From positions 2,432,001 through 2,496,000 of the forward strand of contig OY762964.1 in assembly GCA_963667035.1 (NCBI GenBank): a DNA stretch of 64,000 bases, in the 5' to 3' direction. A program made the position numbers and the translations under genes. Source of the DNA: Candidatus Cloacimonadales bacterium (GTDB lineage Bacteria > Cloacimonadota > Cloacimonadia > Cloacimonadales > JAFGVF01). The stretch's first letter is position 1; every line of letters begins with the position of its first letter. This document shows positions 29,401 to 39,219 of the stretch, piece after piece. The notes under the pieces are model-generated. The model was not told where the DNA came from. It searched no databases and saw only the letters and a program-made list of their open reading frames with translations.

Positions 29401-31514
29401 CCTACTTGGTACATACCGTCTGTAGGAGTAGCAGTTGAAGTTGAGAAAACAACCTCTTCATATTGTGCAAAGTTGTTTGTAGCATTTGTATTTTGGAGGC
29501 TCCAGCCAGCTGGAGGGAATTCATTTTCAAAGCTCTCTGCAAATCCGGCTCCACCACTTCCACCTTGGAAAGCTGAATTCCAGACTATCTCTGCATCATT
29601 ACCAACAATCTCAGCAACAACGTTAGAAGCAGGATAGGATATTTCATTAACAGTAATTGTACCTAAATCTAAATCTGTTGTTCCAACATTTGCAACGAAG
29701 TTAGTACTGTTATAACCTTCAGCAGTAGCAACTCCGGCATACTCATAACCTGCAAATACAGCAACTGAGAAGTTACCGGTAGCGTCAGTGTCAAACATAT
29801 AGTCATCATAACCGGTTAATTCAACACTAGCTTGAATACCTGCGGCTGTATCGGAAGCAAGAATTTGACCTGTTACATTCACAATAGGAAGCATTGTCAT
29901 AGTAACGTCTAGTGCTGTTGCATTATCTTCTGCAACAACAACATTATCTATCTGAGTATCTGCATATCCATGTAATGATGCAACAAGGGAATACGTTCCG
30001 ACCGGAACATATGGAAAGCTGTAGGAACCATCAGCACCTGAAACTGCTGAGTAGTTTTCACCAACTAAGCTAAGCTCAGCATTAGCTATAGGGTTTGTTC
30101 CATCAGTAACAACACCACTTATTGAGCCGAGACCTGCAGTTAGGAAATATAGCTTAACATTAGGTTTCAAAGTTGAGACTGTAGCAACAGGTGGGTTTAC
30201 AGGATCAGGAGCATTTACATCATTATTATAATATGCCATTTCTCCTGAAGCACATGTAGTGCTATACCATACATCAGATATTAAATAAAAGGCTGAATCC
30301 ATAGGTCTTTCAATTGATACAAGAAGATTTTCACCACCATAAGCATAAGGTGTATCTAATGTGAATAAGTAGTTACCATCACCAGCAACAAAATCTACAG
30401 TACCTTGATAAACCTGAGTAAGATTTGATGAAGATTCAAAATTAGTTATTGTTGTATTAGTTGTTTCTCCTAACCAAATATTAATTGGTAAACCTGCGGG
30501 AATATTTGTAGAAACAATATTAGCATGGAAACGGATTGCTGTAATGAGTCCACCTGCTGTAATATCAGATGCAGGATATATAATCTGAGCAAGAGAGCTC
30601 TGATAATATAAATTGTATGGAGCTCTGTACTGAGTTTCTGTTCCTGTTCCTATTGTTACAACAGTTGTTTCTTCATTTTGTACCTCAATTGCTAATGAAG
30701 ATGTCTCATTATTAGCTAAATCAACATCTTCTGTACTTTCCACGCTAGCATAAATACTCATTATTCCAGCCACGGTTGGAGTAAATGACAATTGATAAGT
30801 ATCTGTTCCAAAAGCTGATAAACCAGTAGCGTTAACAGAAGCAAGCTCTGTATCATTAGCATCGTACAATTTAACAGTAAATGCAGCTGCATCGGCCTCA
30901 CCAATATTCATAACTGAAACAGAGTAATTAGCTACAGTATTAACTGTAGGAGTTGTGTCTCCTGTTAAGCTTTGAGCTGACAAATCAACAATTGGTGTAG
31001 TACCGTAAAGAGTAGGTCCAACTATGTCATCAATTAACACAGGATAACCATAATCATCAATTGCTCTGAAACGGATGTATGTGTCGTCGGTTTGTGTTAT
31101 ACCTTCCAAGTCAAAACTCTGTTGAGTATAATCTTCAGCATTTGTTAAGTGAGCAAGTTCAACCCAGTTAGTACCACCGTCGGTTGAAACTTCTACATAG
31201 AGATCATTCTGGTCTCCACTCCAATCAGCAGCTTTGTACCAGAAAGATAAATTATCTGCAGTCCCTTGCGTTAAGTCAAGTCGTGGAGAAGAAAGGATTC
31301 CTTCATTGCCATCGTGATTTGTACCATTATATGCTGCAGCTCCGTTTCCTGAATAAGAACTAGCACTAAGCTCCCATTCATGACCGGTCACTATTGTGTT
31401 AGTCCAGCCAGTAGGCGGGAAAGTTCCCTCAAATCCTTCGAAAAGAGGTGTTGCAAATATTGATGAAACCATTAAGGCTATTATCATCATAATCATTGCA
31501 GTTCTTTTGGTCAT
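26418..31514 (-). CDS. Large secreted adhesin-like protein (cleaved-adhesin/choice-of-anchor-J-like, CARDB, carboxypeptidase-regulatory-like and FN3-like modules) with FlgD-Ig/T9SS-like CTD
   Basis: Signal peptide; FEGFEGTFPP, DEWLITP, DDYLITP modules; C-terminal GNYPNPFNPTTTISY...IYNIRGQKV...VSSGVYFY...KKMMLMK. Confidence 0.8.
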   Translation of the reverse strand: MTKRTAMIMMIIALMVSSIFATPLFEGFEGTFPPTGWTNTIVTGHEWELSASSYSGNGAAAYNGTNHDGNEGILSSPRLDLTQGTADNLSFWYKAADWSGDQNDLYVEVSTDGGTNWVELAHLTNAEDYTQQSFDLEGITQTDDTYIRFRAIDDYGYPVLIDDIVGPTLYGTTPIVDLSAQSLTGDTTPTVNTVANYSVSVMNIGEADAAAFTVKLYDANDTELASVNATGLSAFGTDTYQLSFTPTVAGIMSIYASVESTEDVDLANNETSSLAIEVQNEETTVVTIGTGTETQYRAPYNLYYQSSLAQIIYPASDITAGGLITAIRFHANIVSTNIPAGLPINIWLGETTNTTITNFESSSNLTQVYQGTVDFVAGDGNYLFTLDTPYAYGGENLLVSIERPMDSAFYLISDVWYSTTCASGEMAYYNNDVNAPDPVNPPVATVSTLKPNVKLYFLTAGLGSISGVVTDGTNPIANAELSLVGENYSAVSGADGSYSFPYVPVGTYSLVASLHGYADTQIDNVVVAEDNATALDVTMTMLPIVNVTGQILASDTAAGIQASVELTGYDDYMFDTDATGNFSVAVFAGYEYAGVATAEGYNSTNFVANVGTTDLDLGTITVNEISYPASNVVAEIVGNDAEIVWNSAFQGGSGGAGFAESFENEFPPAGWSLQNTNATNNFAQYEEVVFSTSTATPTDGMYQVGVTWAESEQDEWLITPAFDCPAASNLTFDFYGHYGSENADHYTVKVTTDGGLNWTTLWDATNLPAADNHYDAPVAIDLSAYAGQSIQLAWNFYDGPNNNGLWFTTFIDNVSVGNGMARVAFNENNFTHVSKSQATSSIVSSRNTRNPYEPQYAHVTNNITRSLNDYTVYRLNFGDEASTDLWTELGTVTDTTYTDSDWSTLPAGTYEYAIVANYTNDVISTPAISNWLINGLIGSLTVTVTTNVGTVPVGATVTITSQNMNPDGEYPTYTVTTDDTGVASFDEVWFSTYDLTASLDGFMAVSLNDIVVDGDINETVQLNEVMIPANTVVAAVNDTQTSVNLTWEAPGTGGDPEWMHKDSGTNDNAVGLNATTGGTFSVAVKYEVAELQDYDGQFLSRIRYWPNSEGSYVLKVWTGNDGLTEVYSEAIDNPTIGEWNEVQMSQVVTIDASQALYIGYQITHAGGVNPAGIDAGPRVTGGDMIMMAGAGEWADLYSESNAQIDANWNIQAYVGWTTSRPISTRRVPVVARSNNEKTSYSFAKAATNNTITTRENRPAIGYNVYRLNTGNEADPTQWTLVGAVVTDQNFADNDWATVTAGFYKWAVKAVYTGGVEAPAAFSNELIKDMEGYIEGTVTNAVTSEPIENASVTINGTTMMTDNTGYYIFPLLQGVYTVTCTAQGFVSQTQDNVAVAGTQVSTVNFQLAQSSIVFEDGFESYNDFVLDFAPWTQIDNDGLSTYGIQNVTFENAYYTGSYIIFNPANTSPAVTSLVPYEGDKVAACFDAALEGGSPVNDDYLITPSIHIYDGGSVVFQAKSHTDQWGLERFNVGVSTTGTDIDDFTWLNGTSYLQAPLDWTEFSFSLNEYAGQDIHIAINCVSADAFAFFVDDFYIDSPNPTDENITTPVATVLNGNYPNPFNPTTTISYSVKKTGPVTIDIYNIRGQKVRSLVNDKVEAGSHVVTWEGDDNNGKTVSSGVYFYKMNAGSYTQTKKMMLMK

Positions 31515-31683
31515 ATTTCCTCCTTATATGATATTTAGACCATTATTAATCCAAATTATTTATGGGACAGTATAATAATAACCAACCTTTATCTGTCAAA
31601 TAGTTTTTGTTAACTATGAAGATAGCCAATCTAGTTATTATACATTCTTATTGTAACACTGTTAGTTACTAGGATTTTTTCTT

Positions 31684-32325
31684 TTACTCCTTATTCTTTT
31701 TTATTGATTCTTGCATCTGAGGTTTTACATATTTCTCATAACAATCTGGACAAATACTATGACTAAATAGTGTGTCCGTATGTTCCGAGATATAAACCTC
31801 TACATCCTGCCAATAATCTTTATCGTTTCTTATTTTTTTACAGTAAGAGCAGATAGGTAAAAGATTTTCCAATGTTTTCACTTTAGCCAGAGCATCTCTT
31901 AAATCCTGCCTTTGTTTCTCGATAGTAAGAGCAGACTTAACCCTTAAAATAAGTTCCATCTGTTTATATGGTTTGGTGATATAATCCATAGCTCCTTTTT
32001 CAAAACTATGTTTAAGAGCTTCAGTCTCATCAGTTCCCGAAACACCGGTCAACATGATAACAGGGATATGGTTCCATATAGGGTTATCTTTAACTTTTTC
32101 AAGAACTTGATATCCATTCATCCCGGGCATAACTATATCTAACAGAATTAAATCCGGAGTCTTATTCTCCAGGGCTTCAATGAGTTCTTCACCCTTAAGA
32201 AATGTATGAACATTAGTGAATCCGTTATTCTCGAAAGTTCTCTTCAATATTTTTATGTTTAATGAGTCGTCATCAACAACATAAACTCTCATTGAAAGGA
32301 GATTATCATTATTCGGATTTGACAT
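31684..32325 (-). CDS. Response regulator with a C-terminal Cys4 (CxxC...CxxC) domain
   Basis: REC (VVDDD, LLDIVMPGMNG, DYITKP); LPICSYCKKIR...SHSICPDC; start moved to MSNP. Confidence 0.85.
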   Translation of the reverse strand: MSNPNNDNLLSMRVYVVDDDSLNIKILKRTFENNGFTNVHTFLKGEELIEALENKTPDLILLDIVMPGMNGYQVLEKVKDNPIWNHIPVIMLTGVSGTDETEALKHSFEKGAMDYITKPYKQMELILRVKSALTIEKQRQDLRDALAKVKTLENLLPICSYCKKIRNDKDYWQDVEVYISEHTDTLFSHSICPDCYEKYVKPQMQESIKKNKE

Positions 32326-33925
32326 CCTTATCCTCTTTTTTCTGAGTTTTAGCATACTCAAACAGAGCATCTAAGGTTGGGTATGTTTCCAGAATTCTTA
32401 CTGCTTCATTGTATTGTTTATCGAGTTCGAGATTATGTTGATATGCTACTTCAGGACCGAATTTCTTTGTTAGAAGGTCGCTCTCCAAAGATACTTCAAT
32501 AAAGGTTCTGGCACTATCAACATCTGCTTCCGTATACTCGATCCCTTCTTTTTTAACTTTTTCAAGGAAATCATCAAAAGTCTTCTTATCAAGTTGGAAG
32601 TCCTCACTAATATTGTCCCCGTTCTTTACGGCATAATCGACTGCATAATTGAAGAAGAGGTTCTTTCTTCTTAACTCAATCTCGAAGTTTGTTACTTTAT
32701 TTCTTTCTAACTCAATATCCGGCTTTATACCACCGCCACCATGAACTTCTCTCTGGCGAACAAGTGTTTTATATACTTCATTCTCAATCTCTACTTCTGC
32801 TTCTTTCTTCTCTTCATCACTAACTTCCTTACCACGGAGAATCTTATCATTAATTTTCTTATGAATACATCTTCCTGATGGGATATAATAATGAGATACT
32901 GTAATCTTTATCCCCTTATCCATAGAAAGAGGGAATAACTGTTGGACTGAGCCTTTACCGAATGATCTCTTACCAAGTACGACTGCTTTATCATAGTCTT
33001 GCATATTTCCTGCAAAAATTTCAGCAGCACTGGCAGAAGCTTCATTAACTAAGACAACAACAGGATATCCTTCTCTCTGTCTGTTGAACTTGGTCTTATA
33101 CTCGGTAGAAGTTCCACTGGCTCTTCCCTTGGTAAACACAACAAGCTTGTCTTTGCCGACAAATTCGTTTACCATGTTCACGGCTTCAGAGAGCAATCCT
33201 CCCGGATTATACCTTAAATCAATGATTAGTCCTCTTATCCCCTGTTTCTCAAGATCATCAAGAGCCGCTCTAAATTCACGAGTTGTATTAGCGTTGAACT
33301 GGTTTACTTTAACATATCCGATACCTGAATCAGTAGTGAAAGCATAAGGAACACTTTGAATTTTAATAATGTCTCTAACAATCTCGAAATCAAGAGGTTC
33401 TTTAACACCGGGTCTCTGAATAGTTATAACAACTTTTGTACCCTTCTCGCCTCTCATTTTCTTTATAGCTTCGTCCGTATCAACAGCTACAACACTTTCA
33501 CCATCAACCTTGATGATTTTATCTCCAGACATAATACCCATTTTATAAGCAGGAGTTCCTTCCATAGGACTTACAACGGTAATATAATCACCTTTCTTGT
33601 CTATTCTGATTCCCAGACCTCCGAATTCACCTTTTGTTCCGGAAGTAAAGTCTTCAAACTCATCGGCAGTAAAGAAGCTTGTATGAGGGTCTAAATCTTT
33701 TAACATCCCCTCAATAGCATTTTCAATCAATTCCTCATTATCAAGGTCTTCTACATAGTTCTTTTTCAATCTATCAAGCACTTCGTTAAAAAGGTGAAGA
33801 TTGGAATAAATATCTGTTTGCTTAGGTTGTTTATTCTGTGCATACAGGTATGCCGTACGGAAACTGGCAACTCCAACGGCGAACCAAATCAGCACTAATA
33901 AGACTATTCTTAAAGTTCGTTTCAT
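32309..33925 (-). CDS. S41A C-terminal processing protease (CtpA/Prc family)
   Basis: LDPHT, PDZ domain, DLRYNPGGLL, SASAAEI, GKGSVQ. Confidence 0.93.
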   Translation of the reverse strand: MKRTLRIVLLVLIWFAVGVASFRTAYLYAQNKQPKQTDIYSNLHLFNEVLDRLKKNYVEDLDNEELIENAIEGMLKDLDPHTSFFTADEFEDFTSGTKGEFGGLGIRIDKKGDYITVVSPMEGTPAYKMGIMSGDKIIKVDGESVVAVDTDEAIKKMRGEKGTKVVITIQRPGVKEPLDFEIVRDIIKIQSVPYAFTTDSGIGYVKVNQFNANTTREFRAALDDLEKQGIRGLIIDLRYNPGGLLSEAVNMVNEFVGKDKLVVFTKGRASGTSTEYKTKFNRQREGYPVVVLVNEASASAAEIFAGNMQDYDKAVVLGKRSFGKGSVQQLFPLSMDKGIKITVSHYYIPSGRCIHKKINDKILRGKEVSDEEKKEAEVEIENEVYKTLVRQREVHGGGGIKPDIELERNKVTNFEIELRRKNLFFNYAVDYAVKNGDNISEDFQLDKKTFDDFLEKVKKEGIEYTEADVDSARTFIEVSLESDLLTKKFGPEVAYQHNLELDKQYNEAVRILETYPTLDALFEYAKTQKKEDKDVKSE

Positions 33926-33932
33926 AAAGACC

Positions 33933-34553
33933 TCATTGTATGTGTTTCATTGTTTCATTAATAATTCTTTCAGATATACTAACTTGTGGAAGAGTTCCGT
34001 CAAGTTTAATAATCCTGCTAGGTTCTCTTGAAGCTAATTCAAGAAACCCGTTTCTTACTCTTTTATGGAAATCTATTGTCTCGTTTTCTATTCTATCCCA
34101 ACTTCTCTGTGCAATCCTGCTAAGGCTAACTTCCACAGGAATATCCAATAAGAAAGTAATGTCAGGTTTATGGGAGTAAGTTGCATAATCGATTAAAGTA
34201 TCAATCCAATCCAAATCTATCTTCCGAGCAGCTCCCTGATAAGCTATAGTTGAGTCAAAGTAACGATCACAAATCACTATTTTGCCTTCATTCAAAGCCG
34301 GAATAATCCATTCTCCGGTATGCTGACTCCTACTTGCCATGTATAGAAGCAACTCTGTCTCAGGCAACATTTCCTGATATTCGGGATTAAGTAATAGTTT
34401 GCGTATTTCCTCGGATATTCTGGGACCACCGGGTTCTCTTGTCAGAAGAACCTTATATTGATTTGCCTCAAGCCAATCCTTTAAAGCTCTTACTTGAGTA
34501 CTTTTCCCGCTACCTTCAATCCCTTCAAAAGTAATAAATAAACCCTTCATCAT
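33933..34553 (-). CDS. tmk: Thymidylate kinase
   Basis: FEGIEGSGKST, TREPGG, CDRY, AYQG. Confidence 0.96.
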   Translation of the reverse strand: MMKGLFITFEGIEGSGKSTQVRALKDWLEANQYKVLLTREPGGPRISEEIRKLLLNPEYQEMLPETELLLYMASRSQHTGEWIIPALNEGKIVICDRYFDSTIAYQGAARKIDLDWIDTLIDYATYSHKPDITFLLDIPVEVSLSRIAQRSWDRIENETIDFHKRVRNGFLELASREPSRIIKLDGTLPQVSISERIINETMKHIQ

Positions 34554-34559
34554 ACTCCA

Positions 34560-36155
34560 TTATATTATAGTATCTTTTAAATAGTTAGCGTCATTATCAG
34601 GATAATCAACAACAAAATGAGCTCCACGACTCTCTTTTCGAGCCAGAGCGGAACGAATAATCATGATTGCTATCACGGCAAGATTCCTTGTCTCAATAAC
34701 TTCCTTTCTCACAGAATTATGACTATAGAAGTTATTTATTTCCGTGTATATATTCTCTAATCTGGAAAGGGCATAATTGAGCAATCGTCGAGTTCTTCTG
34801 ATTCCGACATAACCCTGCATTATTCTTCCTATAATCTCTCGATTATGGGATATAATAACCCACTCTGTTTCGTTAAAACTACCAAGATCTTTCCACTCGG
34901 GAATCTCCGGAAACCTTATTTCTTCTTTAATTTTACGGCTATGTGCGGCGTTAAAAGCTATCACGGCAGCCTCAAGCAATGAATTGGAAGCAAGTCTGTT
35001 TGCTCCGTGTAATCCGGTACACGCAACTTCTCCCGCAGCATAGAGGTTTCTAATATCTGTTTCTCCGTCAGCTGTTGTCATTATTCCCCCGCAGAAATAA
35101 TGAGCAGCGGGAGCAACAGGAATAGGTTGTTTTGTGAAGTCAATCCCGAACTTACGACATTTCTTATCAATATAAGGGAAGTGATTCTTTAGCATTTCGG
35201 AATCCAGATGGGTCGCATCAAGATATACATGTTTATCACTTCTTCTTGTCATCTCCGTATCAATGGATCTGGAAACAATATCTCTGGGTGCCAAACAACC
35301 TTGCTCATGATAATTCTCCATGAACTCTTCCCCGTCAATGGTTTTTAAAATTGCTCCTTCCCCTCTTAATGCTTCACTGATAAGGAAAGTTTTCCCTGCA
35401 GGGGAATAAAAGGCTGTCGGGTGGAATTGGATGAATTCCATGTTTGCTAATCTAGCCCCCGCTAATCTAGCCATAGCAATTCCATCTCCGGTAGCTATAT
35501 CCGGATTAGTATTATGGGAGTATACTTGTGAACCGCCACCGGTGGCAAGCATAGTTTTCTTAGCTTTAAAAATCTCTATATTATTGGTTTCGCAATCCAT
35601 AACATAAGCTCCCCAACACGAGATACGAGTTATAAACTCTTCAAGTTGAGGAATATGGTGCTGAGTAATAAGGTCAACAGCCATATGGTTTTCATATATA
35701 TCTATATTATCACTGTTTCTACAGTTATCAATAAGGGCTTCCATAATCAAGTGTCCGGTAGAATCAGCTCCGTATACAACTCTATGATGAGAGTGACCAC
35801 CCTCTTTTGTAAGCCTCAGATTCTCAATTCCGAGCTTAGGTGAATTATTATCCACTGTGAACTTAGTGCCTAAATCCAAGAGATATTGGATAACATCAGG
35901 ACCTTCCTTGATGATTTTCTCCATTACACCTTTTTTACCTAGTTTAGCTCCTGCAATATAGGTATCATTGATATGCTCTTCAAAAGTGTCATGGTCGCTT
36001 AAAACTGCAGCGATTCCACCCTGTGCATAATCGGTGTTACATGCTGTAATCTCTTTTTTGGTTACAACTGCTACTTTGCCCCATTTGGAAGTCTCTAATG
36101 CAAAAACCAGACCTGCAATTCCACTTCCGATTACCAAATAATCATAGTTTTTCAT
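34560..36155 (-). CDS. nadB: L-aspartate oxidase
   Basis: IGSGIAGL, AQGGIAA, EGGHS, QFHPT, SEALRGEG, GLHGANRLASNSLLE, ESRGAH. Confidence 0.94.
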   Translation of the reverse strand: MKNYDYLVIGSGIAGLVFALETSKWGKVAVVTKKEITACNTDYAQGGIAAVLSDHDTFEEHINDTYIAGAKLGKKGVMEKIIKEGPDVIQYLLDLGTKFTVDNNSPKLGIENLRLTKEGGHSHHRVVYGADSTGHLIMEALIDNCRNSDNIDIYENHMAVDLITQHHIPQLEEFITRISCWGAYVMDCETNNIEIFKAKKTMLATGGGSQVYSHNTNPDIATGDGIAMARLAGARLANMEFIQFHPTAFYSPAGKTFLISEALRGEGAILKTIDGEEFMENYHEQGCLAPRDIVSRSIDTEMTRRSDKHVYLDATHLDSEMLKNHFPYIDKKCRKFGIDFTKQPIPVAPAAHYFCGGIMTTADGETDIRNLYAAGEVACTGLHGANRLASNSLLEAAVIAFNAAHSRKIKEEIRFPEIPEWKDLGSFNETEWVIISHNREIIGRIMQGYVGIRRTRRLLNYALSRLENIYTEINNFYSHNSVRKEVIETRNLAVIAIMIIRSALARKESRGAHFVVDYPDNDANYLKDTII

Positions 36156-36170
36156 TTTATCTCGATTTAT

Positions 36171-36608
36171 CTATTGAAATTCATATTTCATAACAACGGC
36201 ATCTTCAATCGGACTAGTATAATATTTCATCCTTTTGCCTATTGTTCTGAATCCAAGTTTTCTGTAAAGGTTAATAGCTGATAAATTAGATTCTCTAACC
36301 TCAAGATAGAACACAACAATCCCCTCTTTTATCTTTTTATCCATGAGATGCTTAAGCAGTTTAAACGCTATTCCGTTTCTCTGATAATCCTTTGAGACTC
36401 CCACATTGGAAATCGAGTACTCGTCAAGTACTGAGAAACCGCATACATAACCAACAAGAATTCCGTCAATTAGAGCAACAAGAGAATCTCCTTGCTCTAT
36501 TTCATACTTAAAAAACTCTTCTTTCCACGGCTCGCTAAACAGCTTTTCTTCAATAGGTAATATGCTTTGAAGATGTGATCCTGTCATTGTCTCTATCTTT
36601 ATATCCAT
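36171..36608 (-). CDS. rimI: Ribosomal-protein-alanine N-acetyltransferase (GNAT)
   Basis: FSEPW, YQRNGIA, LEVRESN, LYRKLGF, YY...EDA. Confidence 0.9.
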   Translation of the reverse strand: MDIKIETMTGSHLQSILPIEEKLFSEPWKEEFFKYEIEQGDSLVALIDGILVGYVCGFSVLDEYSISNVGVSKDYQRNGIAFKLLKHLMDKKIKEGIVVFYLEVRESNLSAINLYRKLGFRTIGKRMKYYTSPIEDAVVMKYEFQ

Positions 36609-36785
36609 ATATTATCCTAAACTTCAAATTAAATCAAAGTTACATAGTTTTAACTGAATGTCAATCTTTATGTATTGCTGTTCTTAATGATTGAAGTGAC
36701 TTTTAAGTGGAACTGTATCATTGGCAAGTTACACCTATTACTATCCACCTAATGAAAATCAGAATTCTATCAAGAAGGCTGAGAG

Positions 36786-37681
36786 ACTAAAGACAAAGGA
36801 GAGATTCCTCCACTCATTCGTACCTCATTTCGATCGGAATGACATAGGTCAGCACCTTTGTATTAAAAACACAATGCCAATGTAAATTATTATCTATGTC
36901 ATCGATATACTATAAAACTGTGTAACCTACACACCAAAGCATATGGCTTATAAACTCACACCACTTCATGGCTAAAGAATTATGCTCTGTAAGAGCATCT
37001 GTTCAATACCCCAAAAAGATTGAGCCCTATAGAAGTGAATGGATAAATGTATAATGATATCAATTCCTTTTATTGAATTATTCGAATCTTCTAGACAATA
37101 CCATTAATATGTTTTATATATACACATATTGTTACGTCCCTATAGGACTTTATATTAAATCATGAGACCACACGCCAAGGCGTGTGGCTACTAAACTTAC
37201 GCCATTTCATGGCTACAGAATTATGCTCTGTAGGAGAATCTGTTTAGGTCGCACCTTTGTATTAAAAACACAATGCCAATGTATATTATTATCTATGTCA
37301 TCGATATACTATAAAACTGTGTAACCTACACACCAAAGCATATGGCTTATAAACTCACACCACTTTATGGCTACAGAATCATGCCCTGTAGGAGCATCTG
37401 TTCAATAGCCCCATGCCTTGGCATGGGGTAGAATATCCGAAAATATTTTAGCCCTATAGGGGCGTAAGGAACCAAACAACAATTAATGGACATGTTATCA
37501 AATCTCATTTTGCTCCCATTCAATAAATATAAGACAAAGATCAAAAATTATCCACAACTTGTGACTAGCTAACTGCTTTGAGTAAGAGTAGTAAGAATTG
37601 AATGGGGTTAATTTGAGTAACTAAAGATAAATGGAAAGATTCCTCTACACATTCGTACCTCATTTCGATCGGAATGACATA
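36786..37681. repeat. REP/REPIN-like repeat cluster
   Basis: About 61-bp direct repeats at 36786-36846 and 37620-37681; about 163-bp direct repeats at 36845-37008 and 37245-37407; opposed multi-hairpin units at 37132-37214 and 37383-37467. Confidence 0.85.
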
Positions 37682-37972
37682 AAGGAAACAGTGCAATTGT
37701 CATCTCGAAAGGAGATATGAGTATAGCTTAAAGGGTCTGCTATTCGATTTTTAGAAGTTCCTTTACAACTCTATCCATCTCTTTCATATTGGGCTTAATC
37801 TTCATGTATGTGAACCTTCCTTTATTGTTGTTATTATATGCTTAATCGCATATTGAGGTTTACACACTTTTCTTTTTACTCCCTTCTCCCGTTTTGCACT
37901 TGAGCAACATTGACAGAATTGAGATATAACACTCCCAAACATCTTACTAATTTCCAACTCCAAAATCATGTT

Positions 37973-38013
37973 TTGAGTAAGTGTTGAGTAAGAGATGTGT
38001 AAGGATTGAGTCA
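37973..38013. repeat. 11-bp-phased TTGAGTAA array
   Basis: TTGAGTAA 37973, TTGAGTAA 37984, ATGTGTAA 37995, TTGAGTCA 38006. Confidence 0.6.
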
Positions 38014-38274
38014 ATATTGCTCATGGGAGTAACGTGAGATTAGCCGGAAAATGAAGATTGGGAGGTACCCCTTTAAAGTATCCGGTTTTGTAATTAGCAA
38101 GAAAATTCTTTCTAAAAGAGTTAGAGATTTTGGAGGTATACGAAGATGAGTTACTCCATGCCTGTTTAAGATCTCTTCAAAGATTGTGATTCTACTATGA
38201 AGAGGTTCAATATATTCAGTACCGTTATCTGTTTGGAAAGTAATATTACAACGTCCTAAATAAAGTAGACACAT
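38011..38274 (-). pseudogene. Remnant of a DDE integrase-core transposase (IS481-like)
   Basis: FQTDNGTEY...FEEIL...GVTHLRIPPKS; N-terminus and third catalytic region missing. Confidence 0.65.
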
Positions 38275-38404
38275 CTATAACTGTAAGTAAAATACATTGC
38301 GACTAAGACCAAATCAATTATATATATCACTTTACTATGAAATAACTTGATTTATTGCAGGTTAGAAATTTTATTGGAAATATAGTAATCAAAAGGATAA
38401 TATA

Positions 38405-38866
38405 ATGAGTACCGAATCCACAGATAGTGTTGGTGTTGTAAAATCAATATCCAAGGGGATTGCCGAAGTTGAAGTAATGGCGGGAGGAGGATGTTCATCT
38501 TGCTCCATGAGTCTGGTATGCGGTTCTACCAAGAAGAACATTAAATTTACTGCGAAAGCTTCGGAAAATGTGAAAATAAATGATAAAGTTAGAATAGAAT
38601 TGATAACAGGTTCAAAGGTGTTATCGGCATTGATTGTGTTTCTTCTCCCTGTCCTGTTTATGGTATTAGGATACCTCTTAGGCACTTTGCTAGGATTAAA
38701 TGAAGGCTTATCAGTGCTTGTAGCTATGGGAATGCTTGCCGTAAGCTTTGTCCCCGTTAAGTTAATTGACAAGTTGTACGGACGTAAAATCAGCTATGAG
38801 ATAGTCGAGATTCTACCTAAGAATTTTGTTGTTGAGCCAATAAGTTGTGAGAGGAGTGGAGAATGA
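38405..38866 (+). CDS. RseC/MucC family membrane protein
   Basis: CSSC...C N-terminal motif, two C-terminal TM helices. Confidence 0.8.
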   Translation: MSTESTDSVGVVKSISKGIAEVEVMAGGGCSSCSMSLVCGSTKKNIKFTAKASENVKINDKVRIELITGSKVLSALIVFLLPVLFMVLGYLLGTLLGLNEGLSVLVAMGMLAVSFVPVKLIDKLYGRKISYEIVEILPKNFVVEPISCERSGE

Positions 38867-39219
38867 AGATACATCTTGAAGAGATGGTATTCTATGGGTT
38901 TCACGGGGTTCATGATGAAGAAAGAAAATTGGGACAGCGTTTTATTGTGAGTGTCATAATTCATACTGATACAACTCAAGATAGAAAGATACATCATCTG
39001 GAAGATACTTTGGATTATACTCAGGTCTATAGTCTTGTAAAAGAAGTAATGGAGACACACCAATATCACTTGTTAGAGAATTGCGTTAACAAAATACTTG
39101 ATGAAATGTTTATCCGATTCAATCTCATAGAAAGTGCTGAAGTTGCCATAAAGAAACCCTCGGTTCCCATACAAGGACCATTGAAATATGTGGAAGTGGC
39201 AATGGAGCGAAAGCGTTAA
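38863..39219 (+). CDS. folB: Dihydroneopterin aldolase
   Basis: FYGFHGVHDEERKLGQRF, DTLDY, LLE, KP. Confidence 0.95.
   Translation: MKIHLEEMVFYGFHGVHDEERKLGQRFIVSVIIHTDTTQDRKIHHLEDTLDYTQVYSLVKEVMETHQYHLLENCVNKILDEMFIRFNLIESAEVAIKKPSVPIQGPLKYVEVAMERKR

Noticed and set aside
37548..37556. Perfect DnaA box TTATCCACA in a long intergenic region (possible oriC)
   Set aside because: Single box, no cluster or dnaA/dnaN context; the region is explained by repeats and an IS remnant.
36786..37681. Possible CRISPR array
   Set aside because: Repeats are 60-165 bp, few and nested, without regular unique spacers; no cas genes in the window.
37802..38014. 70-aa ORF next to the IS remnant
   Set aside because: No recognisable motif, and it overlaps the 11-bp array; probably spurious.
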